NCBI GenBank assembly: GCA_047518015.1
Contig: JAKZRS010000002.1
Location: forward strand, 10,168 to 74,167
DNA: 64,000 nucleotides
Reading direction: 5' to 3'
Source: Thermodesulfobacteriota bacterium
Lineage (GTDB): Bacteria > Desulfobacterota_D > UBA1144 > Nemesobacterales > Nemesobacteraceae
A program made the position numbers and the translations under genes. The notes below the pieces were generated by a model. That model was not told the origin of the DNA and searched no databases. It saw nothing but the letters and a program-made list of their open reading frames with translations. Positions 1 through 9,212 of the stretch are shown piece after piece. The first letter of the stretch is position 1; each line of letters opens with the position of its first letter.

Positions 1-426
1 TTCGATTCCGGCCACTTTTTCTATGTTTTCTTTCTCTGAGGGGTCCGGTTCACTCTGGAACCACGCGTCAAGGATCTCCTTTGCTACGTCGGGGGATACC
101 AGACGCAGGCTCATGGCGAGTATGTTCGCGTCATTCCACATGCGCGCGCCTGCGGCTGTCTTTGAGTCTGTACACAAAGCCGCCCTTATTCCCGGAACCT
201 TGTTCGCGGCAATGCTCACCCCGGTTCCCGTCGAACAGAACAGAATCCCTTGGTCGCACTCTTTCTCTGAAACTCTCTCGGCCACCTGTTCTGCGACTTC
301 CGCCCATTCAACATTCTCGTCCGCAAGGGGTCCGAAGAGTTCAACTTCCATGTCTCTTTTCCGAAGCTCTTGTATTACCTCGTCTGTGAGGGCGTTTTTT
401 TCATCACTTCCAACAGCGATTTTCAT
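1..426 (-). CDS. rpiB: Ribose-5-phosphate isomerase B (RpiB/LacAB family). The 3' end runs off the window edge.
   Basis: Manual minus-strand translation from the ATG at 426 gives MKIAVGSDEKNALTDEV...ILFCSTGTGVSIAANKVPGIRAALC, a typical RpiB N-terminus and active-site region. It is absent from the ORF track because it is truncated by the window edge. Confidence 0.8.
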   Translation of the reverse strand, partial: MKIAVGSDEKNALTDEVIQELRKRDMEVELFGPLADENVEWAEVAEQVAERVSEKECDQGILFCSTGTGVSIAANKVPGIRAALCTDSKTAAGARMWNDANILAMSLRLVSPDVAKEILDAWFQSEPDPSEKENIEKVAGIE

Positions 427-991
427 TCTTACGGGTCTCCTTCTTCAGAATTGAGCGTTCTTCCCAACCCGTTTAAGAAGCAAACTTAAGCTTTAACAGG
501 GGTTGGGATTCTAAAGGTCCCGAATCGAAAAACATACCGATTCATTTTTATATAAGTCTATACCATAATATGGCGGCAACATCACGAGGTAAAGCAATCT
601 TCTACAGCTGTTACCCTAAGAAGCGGTTTTGCCCATATGACCCAGTTCACTGGTGATAATGATTCGCCTGAATCCTTGAGAAAAGTGATATTGTTGGATG
701 TTTGTATGTGTTTAATAGGGGTGAATTACTCTACTGAGAATTTTTTCTCAAATAGAGTAATTCCAAGGTAGCAAGGAACCGAATCACTTGATAACGGCAG
801 GCAGATTTTCGATAACGTTTCCACGTTCTGCACATCCGAATTCCGCTCAAGGTTGTGAGAATCTCTTGTCCTTGACAGGAACCGCCTAATATTTATAATG
901 ATACGCTTGACAAGGGGTCAGCTTTTTGGCTGCTTTTTCCTTATAAGATTTGCATCTCTATTAAATCAGTCCAGCATGGAGGTAGTATCAG

Positions 992-1834
992 GTGAAGATA
1001 GTGGTTTTTATAACACAGACGCAGGACACTGAAGCAAGAATAAAAGTCGGTTCCTCAGGCGATTCCATAGACACAGAAGGCATGAAATGGATCATGAATC
1101 CCTACGATGAATTCGCCGTTGAGGAGGCCATCAAGACCAAGGAAGCATACGGAGGTGAAGTTATCCTCATTACAGCGGGCCCGTCCCGCGCTTCACAGGT
1201 GTTGCTTCAGGGGCTTGCCATGGGTGCCGATTCGGCAGTGCACATTTTAGACGAAGCCATTGGAGAGACTGTGGATTCCCTTGTCATCTCGAAGCTCGTT
1301 GCGTCGGAACTTGCAAAAATTGAAGGCCTGGACTTGGTTTTCACTGGGATGAAGATTATTGACGAAGAATCCGTACAGGTGGGCATACAGATAGCCGAAG
1401 AACTGGGAATTGCGCATCTCGCGCTTGTAAGCAAGGTGATTGGCGTAAAGCCTGATGAGAAAAAACTTGTATGCCAGAAAGAGATAGATGGCGGGAGTAT
1501 TTCTGTCGAGGCTCCTCTCCCGGCGCTTATTACCTGTCCCGATGCCATGAACGAGCCCCGCTACGCGTCCGTTCCAAATATAATGAGAGCGAAGAGAAAA
1601 CCGATGAAGAAAGTGTCCCTTGATGATGTGGATTTTGGTTCTCTTGGCATCACTAAGGATGCAGTGGGTAAATCCGGGGCAAAGATAAAAACGGTCAGTC
1701 TCGAGGTTCCCGAGGTGGAAAGAAAACTGAAAATCATAAAAGGAAGTGACGAGACCACGGTCAAGGGAGATGAGATTGCCGAGTCCGCAAAAGAGCTTGT
1801 TAAGCTTCTAAGGGATGACGCGAAAGTCATATGA
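992..1834 (+). CDS. etfB: Electron transfer flavoprotein beta subunit
   Basis: GTG start preceded by GGAGG at an 8-nt spacing. The N-terminus (M)KIVVFITQTQDT and the rest of the protein are EtfB-like, and etfA follows immediately. Confidence 0.9.
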   Translation: MKIVVFITQTQDTEARIKVGSSGDSIDTEGMKWIMNPYDEFAVEEAIKTKEAYGGEVILITAGPSRASQVLLQGLAMGADSAVHILDEAIGETVDSLVISKLVASELAKIEGLDLVFTGMKIIDEESVQVGIQIAEELGIAHLALVSKVIGVKPDEKKLVCQKEIDGGSISVEAPLPALITCPDAMNEPRYASVPNIMRAKRKPMKKVSLDDVDFGSLGITKDAVGKSGAKIKTVSLEVPEVERKLKIIKGSDETTVKGDEIAESAKELVKLLRDDAKVI

Positions 1835-1890
1835 TCCGGGATATCCGGGATCGCTTTATCAGAAAGTATCTTTAGGAGGCTTGAATTATA

Positions 1891-2874
1891 ATGAGTAGTG
1901 AAATCTGGGTTGTTGCTGATGTCAAGGCTGACGGAGAGATAAGAAAAGTGACATTTGAAGTTCTTTCCGAGGCCAGAAGAAAACTTGGGGGTTCGGTCTG
2001 CGCGGTGTTGCTCGGAAATGGCGTATTGAACAAGGCTTCTGAGCTTGCAAGCTACGGAGCGGAGAAAATTTACGTAGTTGACAATCCCAACCTCAAGGAT
2101 TTTAATCCCGATGGTTACGTAAAGTCCCTTTGCGAACTGATAAAAAAACACTCTCCCGCGGTTGTGCTCTCAGGCAATACGGCTTTTGCGGAGGATTACA
2201 TTCCCAGGGTCGCTTCGGGCGTGGGTTCTGGTCTTGCCATGGACTGTGTTGATATAGGTATGACCGATGACGGAAGACTGAGGATAAAAAGATATTCCCA
2301 CTCAAGCAGAGCTATATCCACCCAGGAGTTCAGCGGTGACGGAAGCGCAATGATCGCAACCGTAAGGCCCAATTCCTTTAAGGAAGAGGAAGCCGCCGGT
2401 GCGGGGCAGATTGTAAACGAAGATACGGGAGTTACGGACGCCGACATAAGGATCAAAGTGCTTGAGATGAAAACCAAGGAATCTGACCGCCCGGAGCTTA
2501 CCGAGGCCGAGAGGGTGGTTTCCGGTGGCAGGGGTCTTGGGAGCGAAGAGAATTTCAACCATATATACGATCTTGCGGACCTGCTGGGTGCGGCTGTAGG
2601 GGCGACAAGAGCCGCGGTCGACGCAGGATATTGTCCTTATGACATGCAGGTCGGCCAGACTGGAAAGGCGGTCTCTCCCGTGCTTTACGTCGCGGTTGCC
2701 ATATCCGGATCGGTACAGCATTTCTCCGGCATGGGTTCCTCAAAAGTAATAGTTTCCATAAACAAGGATCCGGAAGCCCCGATTTTCGCGAAGTCCGATT
2801 ATGGAATCTGCGGGGATCTTTTCCAGGTTCTTCCCCCGCTTACAGAAGAACTCAAAAAAGCCTTAGCTGAGTAG
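1891..2874 (+). CDS. etfA: Electron transfer flavoprotein alpha subunit
   Basis: An AGGAGG ribosome-binding site sits upstream. EtfA-like N-terminal domain and C-terminal FAD-binding region (…GQTGKAVSPVLYVAVAISGSVQH…). Confidence 0.9.
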   Translation: MSSEIWVVADVKADGEIRKVTFEVLSEARRKLGGSVCAVLLGNGVLNKASELASYGAEKIYVVDNPNLKDFNPDGYVKSLCELIKKHSPAVVLSGNTAFAEDYIPRVASGVGSGLAMDCVDIGMTDDGRLRIKRYSHSSRAISTQEFSGDGSAMIATVRPNSFKEEEAAGAGQIVNEDTGVTDADIRIKVLEMKTKESDRPELTEAERVVSGGRGLGSEENFNHIYDLADLLGAAVGATRAAVDAGYCPYDMQVGQTGKAVSPVLYVAVAISGSVQHFSGMGSSKVIVSINKDPEAPIFAKSDYGICGDLFQVLPPLTEELKKALAE

Positions 2875-2883
2875 TCGTACCCG

Positions 2884-3699
2884 CTACACTATATCGACGA
2901 CTTCCGTTTTCTCCATGGACCTGCCGAGAAATCTGGACGCGATTGAGGTAAAGGTTTCCGAATCATCCGTAAGGTAAAACAACATTTCCCGCTCTTTGCC
3001 GTCTTCTTTCAGCAGCCCCTGGGTTCTTAGTATGTTTTCGGTCTGCTTTGCGGTTTCCTCCGCTGAGTCAACGAGTCTTATCCCTTCACCCATAACCCCG
3101 GCAATCGTGTTTTTAAGAATGGGGTAGTGCGTGCAGCCGAGTATCAGTACGTCTATTCCGGATTTTCTCAGATCTCCAAGATATTTCTCAGCTACCAGAG
3201 TCGCGGTCTCGTCATCTTCCCACCCTTCTTCGGCAATCGGAACGAAAAGCGGGCAAGGCTTTGAGTATATCTCAATCGGAAAAGAGCAGATCTCCCGCAG
3301 TTTTTTCTCATAGGAGCCGCTTTTTATAGTCGCATGGGTTCCTATAACCCCTATTTTTCCATTGACAGTGAGTTCCGATGCTTTTTTCGCTCCAGGTTCC
3401 ACGACTCCGACAACAGGAATTTCCAGATTTTCTTTCAGCATCTCTATTGCGTAGGCGGATGCGGTGTTACACGCTACGACCAGAAGCTTTATGTCTTTTG
3501 ACAGAAGAAAATTCGTGGTGCTTTCAACATATTTTCTTACAGTTCTCTGGGATTTTGTTCCATAAGGAACTCTGGCAGTGTCACCAAGATATACTATGTC
3601 CTCTTCACAAAGAAGATTCATTATCTCCTTTAAAACAGTAAGTCCTCCTACCCCAGAATCAAAAATTCCTATTGCCTGGTTTCTTCTTTCTTCCTTCAT
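2884..3699 (-). CDS. murI: Glutamate racemase
   Basis: GIFDSGVGGLTVL…VVACNTAS…LILGCTHYP motifs typical of MurI. Confidence 0.9.
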   Translation of the reverse strand: MKEERRNQAIGIFDSGVGGLTVLKEIMNLLCEEDIVYLGDTARVPYGTKSQRTVRKYVESTTNFLLSKDIKLLVVACNTASAYAIEMLKENLEIPVVGVVEPGAKKASELTVNGKIGVIGTHATIKSGSYEKKLREICSFPIEIYSKPCPLFVPIAEEGWEDDETATLVAEKYLGDLRKSGIDVLILGCTHYPILKNTIAGVMGEGIRLVDSAEETAKQTENILRTQGLLKEDGKEREMLFYLTDDSETFTSIASRFLGRSMEKTEVVDIV

Positions 3700-3771
3700 T
3701 CTGCTGCTGTGCCCGCATGCTTGCTCCGAGGGTGCGAAAAAGACAGGTTCTGAGTCCGCCGGAGAGAGTAA

Positions 3772-4794
3772 TTAGCCGTCTTTCTTTGAACTGGAACTTA
3801 CTTTCTTGTATTCGTTCAGGTAATCATCGGCGAGGCGTCTGGTTTTTTCCACCCTCGCTTTTCTTCTTTCCTTTCTTTTCTCCGCTTCTTTCCATAGACG
3901 AATTTCATAGGGAGTTTCAGGGGTGAATTCGGGAACCAAAACAGGGTTTCCGGCTTCATCGACTTTCACGTAAGTGAGAAACGCCGTGCACGCGTGGGAT
4001 GATTCTCCGGTCTCTGTATCGTACGAATCGACCTTGATCGCAAGCTCAAGCGACTTGGTTCCCACATAGGTGATACCCGCTTTGAATTCAATCAAATTTC
4101 CGACATTGAGCGGGGAATAGAAAAAAAGATCGTCAAGGGACCCCGTAACCAAGACCCCCTTGGTAAACCTTTTCGCCAGAATAGCCGCGCTCTCGTCAAT
4201 ATACTTCAGGAGCTTTCCAACGGACATGAATTCCCCGTAGAAGGCGTCTTCTGGGAGTACCATCTTGGTGGTATTGAAAATAAGCCTCGTGTTTTCCGTT
4301 TCATCCGCTACGTTGAGGAGATTCTTTTTCCTTTTTTTTATTTCCGGAAGTCTCCGCACTTTCCTTTCCTCAGCCCAGGCTACGAGTTCTTGTTCAACCG
4401 TGCTGGATGCGCTTAGCCTTGTTTTGATTTTTCTCGGTCTTGCGTTTTTGTCTACGGCGACAAAGGCCATGTAGGAGAGGGTTATAAGTTTTTTTTCTTC
4501 AGTTTCGCCGTCTTCTGAGTGTACTCGTACCGCCACTTCAATGGATGAGTTTCCGACATGCTCAACCCAGCTTTCGAGAATTACTATTTCTCCGATTTTT
4601 ACAGGGTTCAGGAAATCTATGCTGTCTGTAGCCCCTAGAACCGCAGGCCCGTTTGCGAACTTAAAAGACGTTATGCTGCCCGTAAGCATAATCCAGTCCA
4701 TGAGTATTCCGCCGTGCAGGGTTCCGTGGTTGTTCGAGTGTTCGGGAAGAACGTACTGGACCATCTTGTTTGCAGTTTCGCGTATGGAGATCAT
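3772..4794 (-). CDS. Acyl-CoA thioesterase with two tandem hotdog (4HBT) domains
   Basis: Two repeated hotdog-like halves (…HSNNHGTLHGG… and …YIDESAAILAKRF…) followed by a lysine/arginine-rich tail. Confidence 0.7.
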   Translation of the reverse strand: MISIRETANKMVQYVLPEHSNNHGTLHGGILMDWIMLTGSITSFKFANGPAVLGATDSIDFLNPVKIGEIVILESWVEHVGNSSIEVAVRVHSEDGETEEKKLITLSYMAFVAVDKNARPRKIKTRLSASSTVEQELVAWAEERKVRRLPEIKKRKKNLLNVADETENTRLIFNTTKMVLPEDAFYGEFMSVGKLLKYIDESAAILAKRFTKGVLVTGSLDDLFFYSPLNVGNLIEFKAGITYVGTKSLELAIKVDSYDTETGESSHACTAFLTYVKVDEAGNPVLVPEFTPETPYEIRLWKEAEKRKERRKARVEKTRRLADDYLNEYKKVSSSSKKDG

Positions 4795-4840
4795 GGGTAT
4801 CTTAGCCGCGTGTCGTCGCGGTGTACGCTCCAGGAGAAAT

Positions 4841-7099
4841 TCAGTCCGGTCGGGCCTGAAGAACTATATTCTCACCTTCTAGGGAGAATATTGCCTTGCC
4901 GCCGCCGGAGAGTTCTCCGAAGAGAATTTCCTTTGAAAGTTTTTCCGCTAGCTCGGAGTTTATTACTCTTTGAACGGGTCTTGCGCCCAACTGTGGATCG
5001 TAGCCCTTGTGTGCAAGAAAAAGTCTCGCTTCAGGCGTAAGACTGATCGTTACTTTTTTCGGGACGAGTCTTTGCTGAAGCTCTCCGATCATTTTGTCCA
5101 CTATTCTCTCTACTATTTCTATAGCAAGAGGGTTAAATCTGATGATTTCATTCAGCCTGTTTCGAAATTCCGGGGAGAAATATCTGTCTATGGCTTCTCC
5201 GCTTTTGTCCTCGAACTCTTTTTTCGCGAACCCGACATTTCTGTTCATGCTTTCCTTTGAGCCGGTGTTTGTTGTCAGAATCACAATTACCTGACGAAAA
5301 TCCACCTTCCTTCCGTTTGAATCCGTAAGCGTCGCGTGGTCCATTACCTGAAGCAGGATGTTGTATATGTCTTCGTGCGCCTTTTCGATTTCATCTAGCA
5401 GAAGGACGCAGTGGGGAGATTTGTATATGGCCTCGGTAAGCTGTCCACCCTGATCGTAGCCGACATATCCCGGCGGTGAGCCTATAAGGCGGGAGACAGT
5501 GTGTTTTTCCATGTATTCACTCATGTCGAAACGTATGAATTCAACTCCTAGGACCTCCGCGAGTTTTTTCGCAAGTTCCGTCTTACCGACTCCTGTCGGG
5601 CCCGAGAACATGAACGAACCCACGGGTTTTTCCGGTTCGCTTATTCCTGCGCGCGACATCTGTATGGCATTTACGAGCTTGTCTATGGCTTGATCCTGGG
5701 CGTAGATGAATTTTTTCAGGTTGTCCCCGAGGTCATGGAGAAGGTTGCGGTCTTCGACTCTTACCGACTTTGTGGGTATTTTCGCGACCTTCGCTATCAG
5801 CTTTTCCATGTCAGACACTTTCACCTGTCTTGTCATTTCGGGATCAGGATTCCGAAGTTTCACCGCGGCGCCGGCCTCGTCCATGATGTCAATCGCCTTG
5901 TCCGGAAGCTTTCTGTCCATTATGTACCTGTCGGAGAGCTCTATGCACGCTCTTATCGCTCCCTGGGAGTATTTCACGTTGTGGTACTCTTCGTAATGCC
6001 GCTTCAGTCCGAAAAGAATCTTTCTGCAGTCCTCAACCGACGGCTCATCCACGCTTATCCTCTGGAATCTTCTTGAAAGCGCGTGGTCTTTCTCGAAGAT
6101 AATCCTGTATTCCTTAAGCGTTGTCGTCCCTATGCATTTTATGTCTCCTCCGGCAAGAGCGGGCTTGAGCATGTTTGACGCGTCAAGGCTTCCGCCGGAA
6201 ACTGCTCCAGCGCCTATAACCGTGTGGATTTCGTCTATGAAAAGCACATTGTTCGGATCTTTCTTCGTTTCGTCTATGATGGCGTTCAGTCTTTCCTCAA
6301 AGTCTCCTCTGTATTTTGTTCCGGCCGTAAGAGTTCCTATGTTGAGAAGGTGAATCTTGAGGTCTTTCATAACTTCGGGAACTTCTCTGGAAACGACCCG
6401 AAGAGCCACTCCCTCCACGATTGCTGTTTTCCCCACTCCGGCGTCTCCAACGAGCACGGGATTATTTTTCTTTCTCTTGCCGAGAATGTGGATTATCCTC
6501 TGAACCTCTTTTTCTCTTCCTATGAGCGGGTCGATGTTTCCATTGCGGGCTTTTTCAATCAGATCCGTGCAGTAAAGCTCAAGGGGATTCTTGGTCTCTG
6601 TTTTTTTCGCTTCCTTTGGCTGCTGTTCCTTGGTGGTAGCGGTTTTTTCCTGTTGTTCATCGATTTTCTCGCTGTTTCCGTGGGATATCTGCTTTATAAC
6701 GGCGAGACGGTTGAGTCCTTGGCGATTCAGAAAATACACGGCGTGCGATTCAGGAACCCTGAATATGGCAACCAGTATGTTGGCCCCGGTTATTTCTTCT
6801 TTTTCTGCGCTCTCGGCGTGCATGGACGCTATCCTGAAGATGTATTTGCTCCCTTCGGAGTAGGTTGGTTCGGGAAGATGGGGAGAATCGACAGAGGATA
6901 TGTTTTTACTCAGATGTTCCTCGATATCGTTTACGAGAAGTTCAATGTCAACGTCACATTCTATGAGTACTTCCGCCGCGACTTTGTCTCTTGTGAGTTC
7001 AAGGAGTATGTGTTCCGGGGTGATAAACTCGTGCTTGCGGTTTTTCGCCTGCTGGTAAGCGCGATAAAGGGTTTTTTCGAGTTCTTCTGAAACCACCAT
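4841..7099 (-). CDS. clpA: ATP-dependent Clp protease ATP-binding subunit ClpA
   Basis: Clp N-domain ([19 protein letters not shown]…) and two AAA+ modules (GDAGVGKT; [12 protein letters not shown]). The start is placed at the ATG at 7099, 2 nt after the clpS stop. The longer ORF-track start at 7126 would overlap clpS. Confidence 0.9.
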   Translation of the reverse strand: MVVSEELEKTLYRAYQQAKNRKHEFITPEHILLELTRDKVAAEVLIECDVDIELLVNDIEEHLSKNISSVDSPHLPEPTYSEGSKYIFRIASMHAESAEKEEITGANILVAIFRVPESHAVYFLNRQGLNRLAVIKQISHGNSEKIDEQQEKTATTKEQQPKEAKKTETKNPLELYCTDLIEKARNGNIDPLIGREKEVQRIIHILGKRKKNNPVLVGDAGVGKTAIVEGVALRVVSREVPEVMKDLKIHLLNIGTLTAGTKYRGDFEERLNAIIDETKKDPNNVLFIDEIHTVIGAGAVSGGSLDASNMLKPALAGGDIKCIGTTTLKEYRIIFEKDHALSRRFQRISVDEPSVEDCRKILFGLKRHYEEYHNVKYSQGAIRACIELSDRYIMDRKLPDKAIDIMDEAGAAVKLRNPDPEMTRQVKVSDMEKLIAKVAKIPTKSVRVEDRNLLHDLGDNLKKFIYAQDQAIDKLVNAIQMSRAGISEPEKPVGSFMFSGPTGVGKTELAKKLAEVLGVEFIRFDMSEYMEKHTVSRLIGSPPGYVGYDQGGQLTEAIYKSPHCVLLLDEIEKAHEDIYNILLQVMDHATLTDSNGRKVDFRQVIVILTTNTGSKESMNRNVGFAKKEFEDKSGEAIDRYFSPEFRNRLNEIIRFNPLAIEIVERIVDKMIGELQQRLVPKKVTISLTPEARLFLAHKGYDPQLGARPVQRVINSELAEKLSKEILFGELSGGGKAIFSLEGENIVLQARPD

Positions 7100-7100
7100 G

Positions 7101-7436
7101 TCAACTGTCCGCCTTCTGAACTTCAAGTATACATTTTAGCGGATGTTCGTACTTCTCCGCTAGTTTCTTCACCTGTTTTATCTTTGTGGTAGCTATATCG
7201 TAGGTATAGCAGTCGATGATACTTTTCCCCTTCGTGTGAGCTTCAAGCATTATTTGTCTGCTGTCGTTTTCGTTCTTGAAAAACACCTTCATAAGAACCC
7301 AAACTACAAAATCCCTTGGCGTGTAGTCGTCGTTTAGGAGGACTATGAGGTACATGTCCGGCCTTTTTACGCGGATATCTTCCCTTACGACCTGCTTGGG
7401 ATCCTTTGTATGAGTCGGGTTCTCGTGCTCAGGCAT
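7101..7436 (-). CDS. clpS: ATP-dependent Clp protease adaptor ClpS
   Basis: MPEHENPT…YLIVLLNDDYTPRDFVVWVLMKVF… matches the ClpS core. The start is taken at the internal ATG at 7436. This is the canonical clpS-clpA arrangement. Confidence 0.85.
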   Translation of the reverse strand: MPEHENPTHTKDPKQVVREDIRVKRPDMYLIVLLNDDYTPRDFVVWVLMKVFFKNENDSRQIMLEAHTKGKSIIDCYTYDIATTKIKQVKKLAEKYEHPLKCILEVQKADS

Positions 7437-7446
7437 GGCGAATATT

Positions 7447-8649
7447 TTATACGATTTTTTTTGATTTGCCACCGCGGGCCCGCTTAAGCGGGGAGTGCTT
7501 GTTGTACTCTGAAATAAGCGAGCGCATGTAGGGTCTTTCTCCACGAAGGAAGTTGTCTACGGAGCTTTGTGCCCCGGAGTTGAAAAAGAAGTGCGAACTG
7601 TAAACCGGTACCGCTTCAAAGCCGCGAAGGAATTTATGTTCACCTTGCGCTCCGGCTTCAAAAACATTTATTCCGTTGCTTATGGCAAACTCTATCGGCT
7701 TGTAGTAACAGCACTCAAAGTGAAGATACGGCACCTCGACGGTGCATCCCCAGTATCTTCCGTAAAGTTTGTCGCCTTTTCTGAAATTGATGGTGCCGCC
7801 GACCGGACGGCCTTCCGCCTGTGCGACCACCAGCACGGTTTTTTCCCTGTACGTCTCAAACACCAGATCGAAAAACTCCCTGTTAAGATAGGCGTTTCCC
7901 CATTTTTTTGAGCTGGTGCTTACGTAGAATTCCCAGATGGAGTCGATGTGCTCGCGGCGTATCTGCTCTTTTTCAAAGACTGAGACCTCTATGCCTAGAT
8001 CACAGAGACGGCGTTTTTCTTTCCTTATCTGTTTTCTTCTCCCTGAGCGCAGGTCACGGAGAAAGTCATCGAAACAGAGGTAGTCTGAGTTATGCCAGTG
8101 GTACTGGTGAGTGAGTCTTGAGAGAAACCCGCAGTCAGCAAGCAGCTCTTGCTCCTCGGCGGTTACAAATAAAAAATGTATTGAAGAGAGATTTTTAAGA
8201 GAGCATACTTCAATCAGTTTCTCTGCAAGTGCCCGCCCGCATGTTTTGTAATCGTAATCCGGGTGTACGATTATTCTCCGGCCGGTTGTCGGGGTGAACG
8301 GTACTCCGACAACCACCTTGGGATAGTAACTCAGTCCCGCGTCCTGGTACGCCTGGGCCCACTGCCAGTCAAATATGTACTCGCCGTAGGAATCGGTTTT
8401 CAGGTAAAACGTAACCGCCCCGATGAGTTTTCCCCCTTCGCGCAGCAGAAGATGGCGGGGTTCCCATCCGGTGCCGGGACCCACGCATCCGGATTTTTCA
8501 AGGGCGAAGAGGAAATCAAACTCGAAAAAAGGGTTATTATCCGGCTGAATGGAATCGTATTCCTTTTTTTCGATCTCTGTTATTGAATGGCAGATCTGGA
8601 ATGCCGTTGATTCTTTGGATAGTTTCTTCTCGGCCTTCATGGTTGGCAA
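7447..8649 (-). CDS. FemAB-like / GNAT-fold acyltransferase family protein (DUF482, COG3146 type)
   Basis: 400 aa with the conserved architecture of the uncharacterised PF04339-like family (…YYPKVVVGVPFTPTTGRRI…). The assignment rests on remembered family features. Confidence 0.55.
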   Translation of the reverse strand: MPTMKAEKKLSKESTAFQICHSITEIEKKEYDSIQPDNNPFFEFDFLFALEKSGCVGPGTGWEPRHLLLREGGKLIGAVTFYLKTDSYGEYIFDWQWAQAYQDAGLSYYPKVVVGVPFTPTTGRRIIVHPDYDYKTCGRALAEKLIEVCSLKNLSSIHFLFVTAEEQELLADCGFLSRLTHQYHWHNSDYLCFDDFLRDLRSGRRKQIRKEKRRLCDLGIEVSVFEKEQIRREHIDSIWEFYVSTSSKKWGNAYLNREFFDLVFETYREKTVLVVAQAEGRPVGGTINFRKGDKLYGRYWGCTVEVPYLHFECCYYKPIEFAISNGINVFEAGAQGEHKFLRGFEAVPVYSSHFFFNSGAQSSVDNFLRGERPYMRSLISEYNKHSPLKRARGGKSKKIV

Positions 8650-8826
8650 CCGGTGAGTGAACCCTCAAGTTGCTTCCGATTCGTGGTCCTCGGTTAGAAA
8701 AGTACCTCATTCACTGATCGTTGTCATACTCGATAATTGCCTGCGATTCGAGATCATGCAGCGAATTGTATTGCTTGACTTCAACCGTATGAGCTATAAT
8801 GATAGCCCGTGTAAAAGAGGAATATA

Positions 8827-9084
8827 ATGGAAATAAGTATCAGTGAAGCAAGGGCAAGATTGTCCGTCCTGATAAACGCGGCTCTGGCTGGCGAACAAGT
8901 GGTTTTGACAAAACATGGCAGGCCCGTAGCTGAAATAAGACCCTTCGCCACCGCGAAAAGACCCGCTGAGACACTGTCCGCAATCCGAAGGATAGTAACA
9001 AAAGCCAGAAGCAAGCGTCTAAGTGGTGTTTCCGCGGCAAAAGCCGCTAATTTTTTATACGACGATACCGGATTGCCCTCATGA
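8827..9084 (+). CDS. Type II antitoxin, Phd/YefM family
   Basis: MEISISEARARLSVLINAALAGEQVVLTKHGRPVAEIRP is a classic Phd/YefM N-terminus. The stop overlaps a downstream ATG as ATGA. Confidence 0.7.
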   Translation: MEISISEARARLSVLINAALAGEQVVLTKHGRPVAEIRPFATAKRPAETLSAIRRIVTKARSKRLSGVSAAKAANFLYDDTGLPS

Positions 9085-9212
9085 TTTTTGCTGACAAGTC
9101 TGCGATTATGTCTCTGTGCTCCGATGCGTTTTATCTCCATGCTCGCGACCGGCGAACAAAACCGGCATCACTGGAAAATATGGTCAGGGTTCTTTTGTTT
9201 TTGTCGAAATGA
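9081..9212 (+). pseudogene. 43-codon remnant of a PIN-domain (VapC-like) toxin
   Basis: Translates as MIFADKSAIMSLCSDAFYLHARDRR…, which resembles a PIN N-terminus (M-I-x-x-D-T/K-S-x-I). It ends after 43 codons, overlapping the ABC-F start codon. Confidence 0.35.

Noticed and set aside
23-454. + strand ORFs 23..454 and 81..389
   Set aside because: They lie antisense to a clear RpiB coding region on the minus strand and have low-complexity, Ser/Arg-rich translations.
4970-7090. Multiple + strand ORFs (e.g. 5690..6076, 6224..7090) inside the clpA region
   Set aside because: They are antisense shadows of the well-supported ClpA gene and show no homology.
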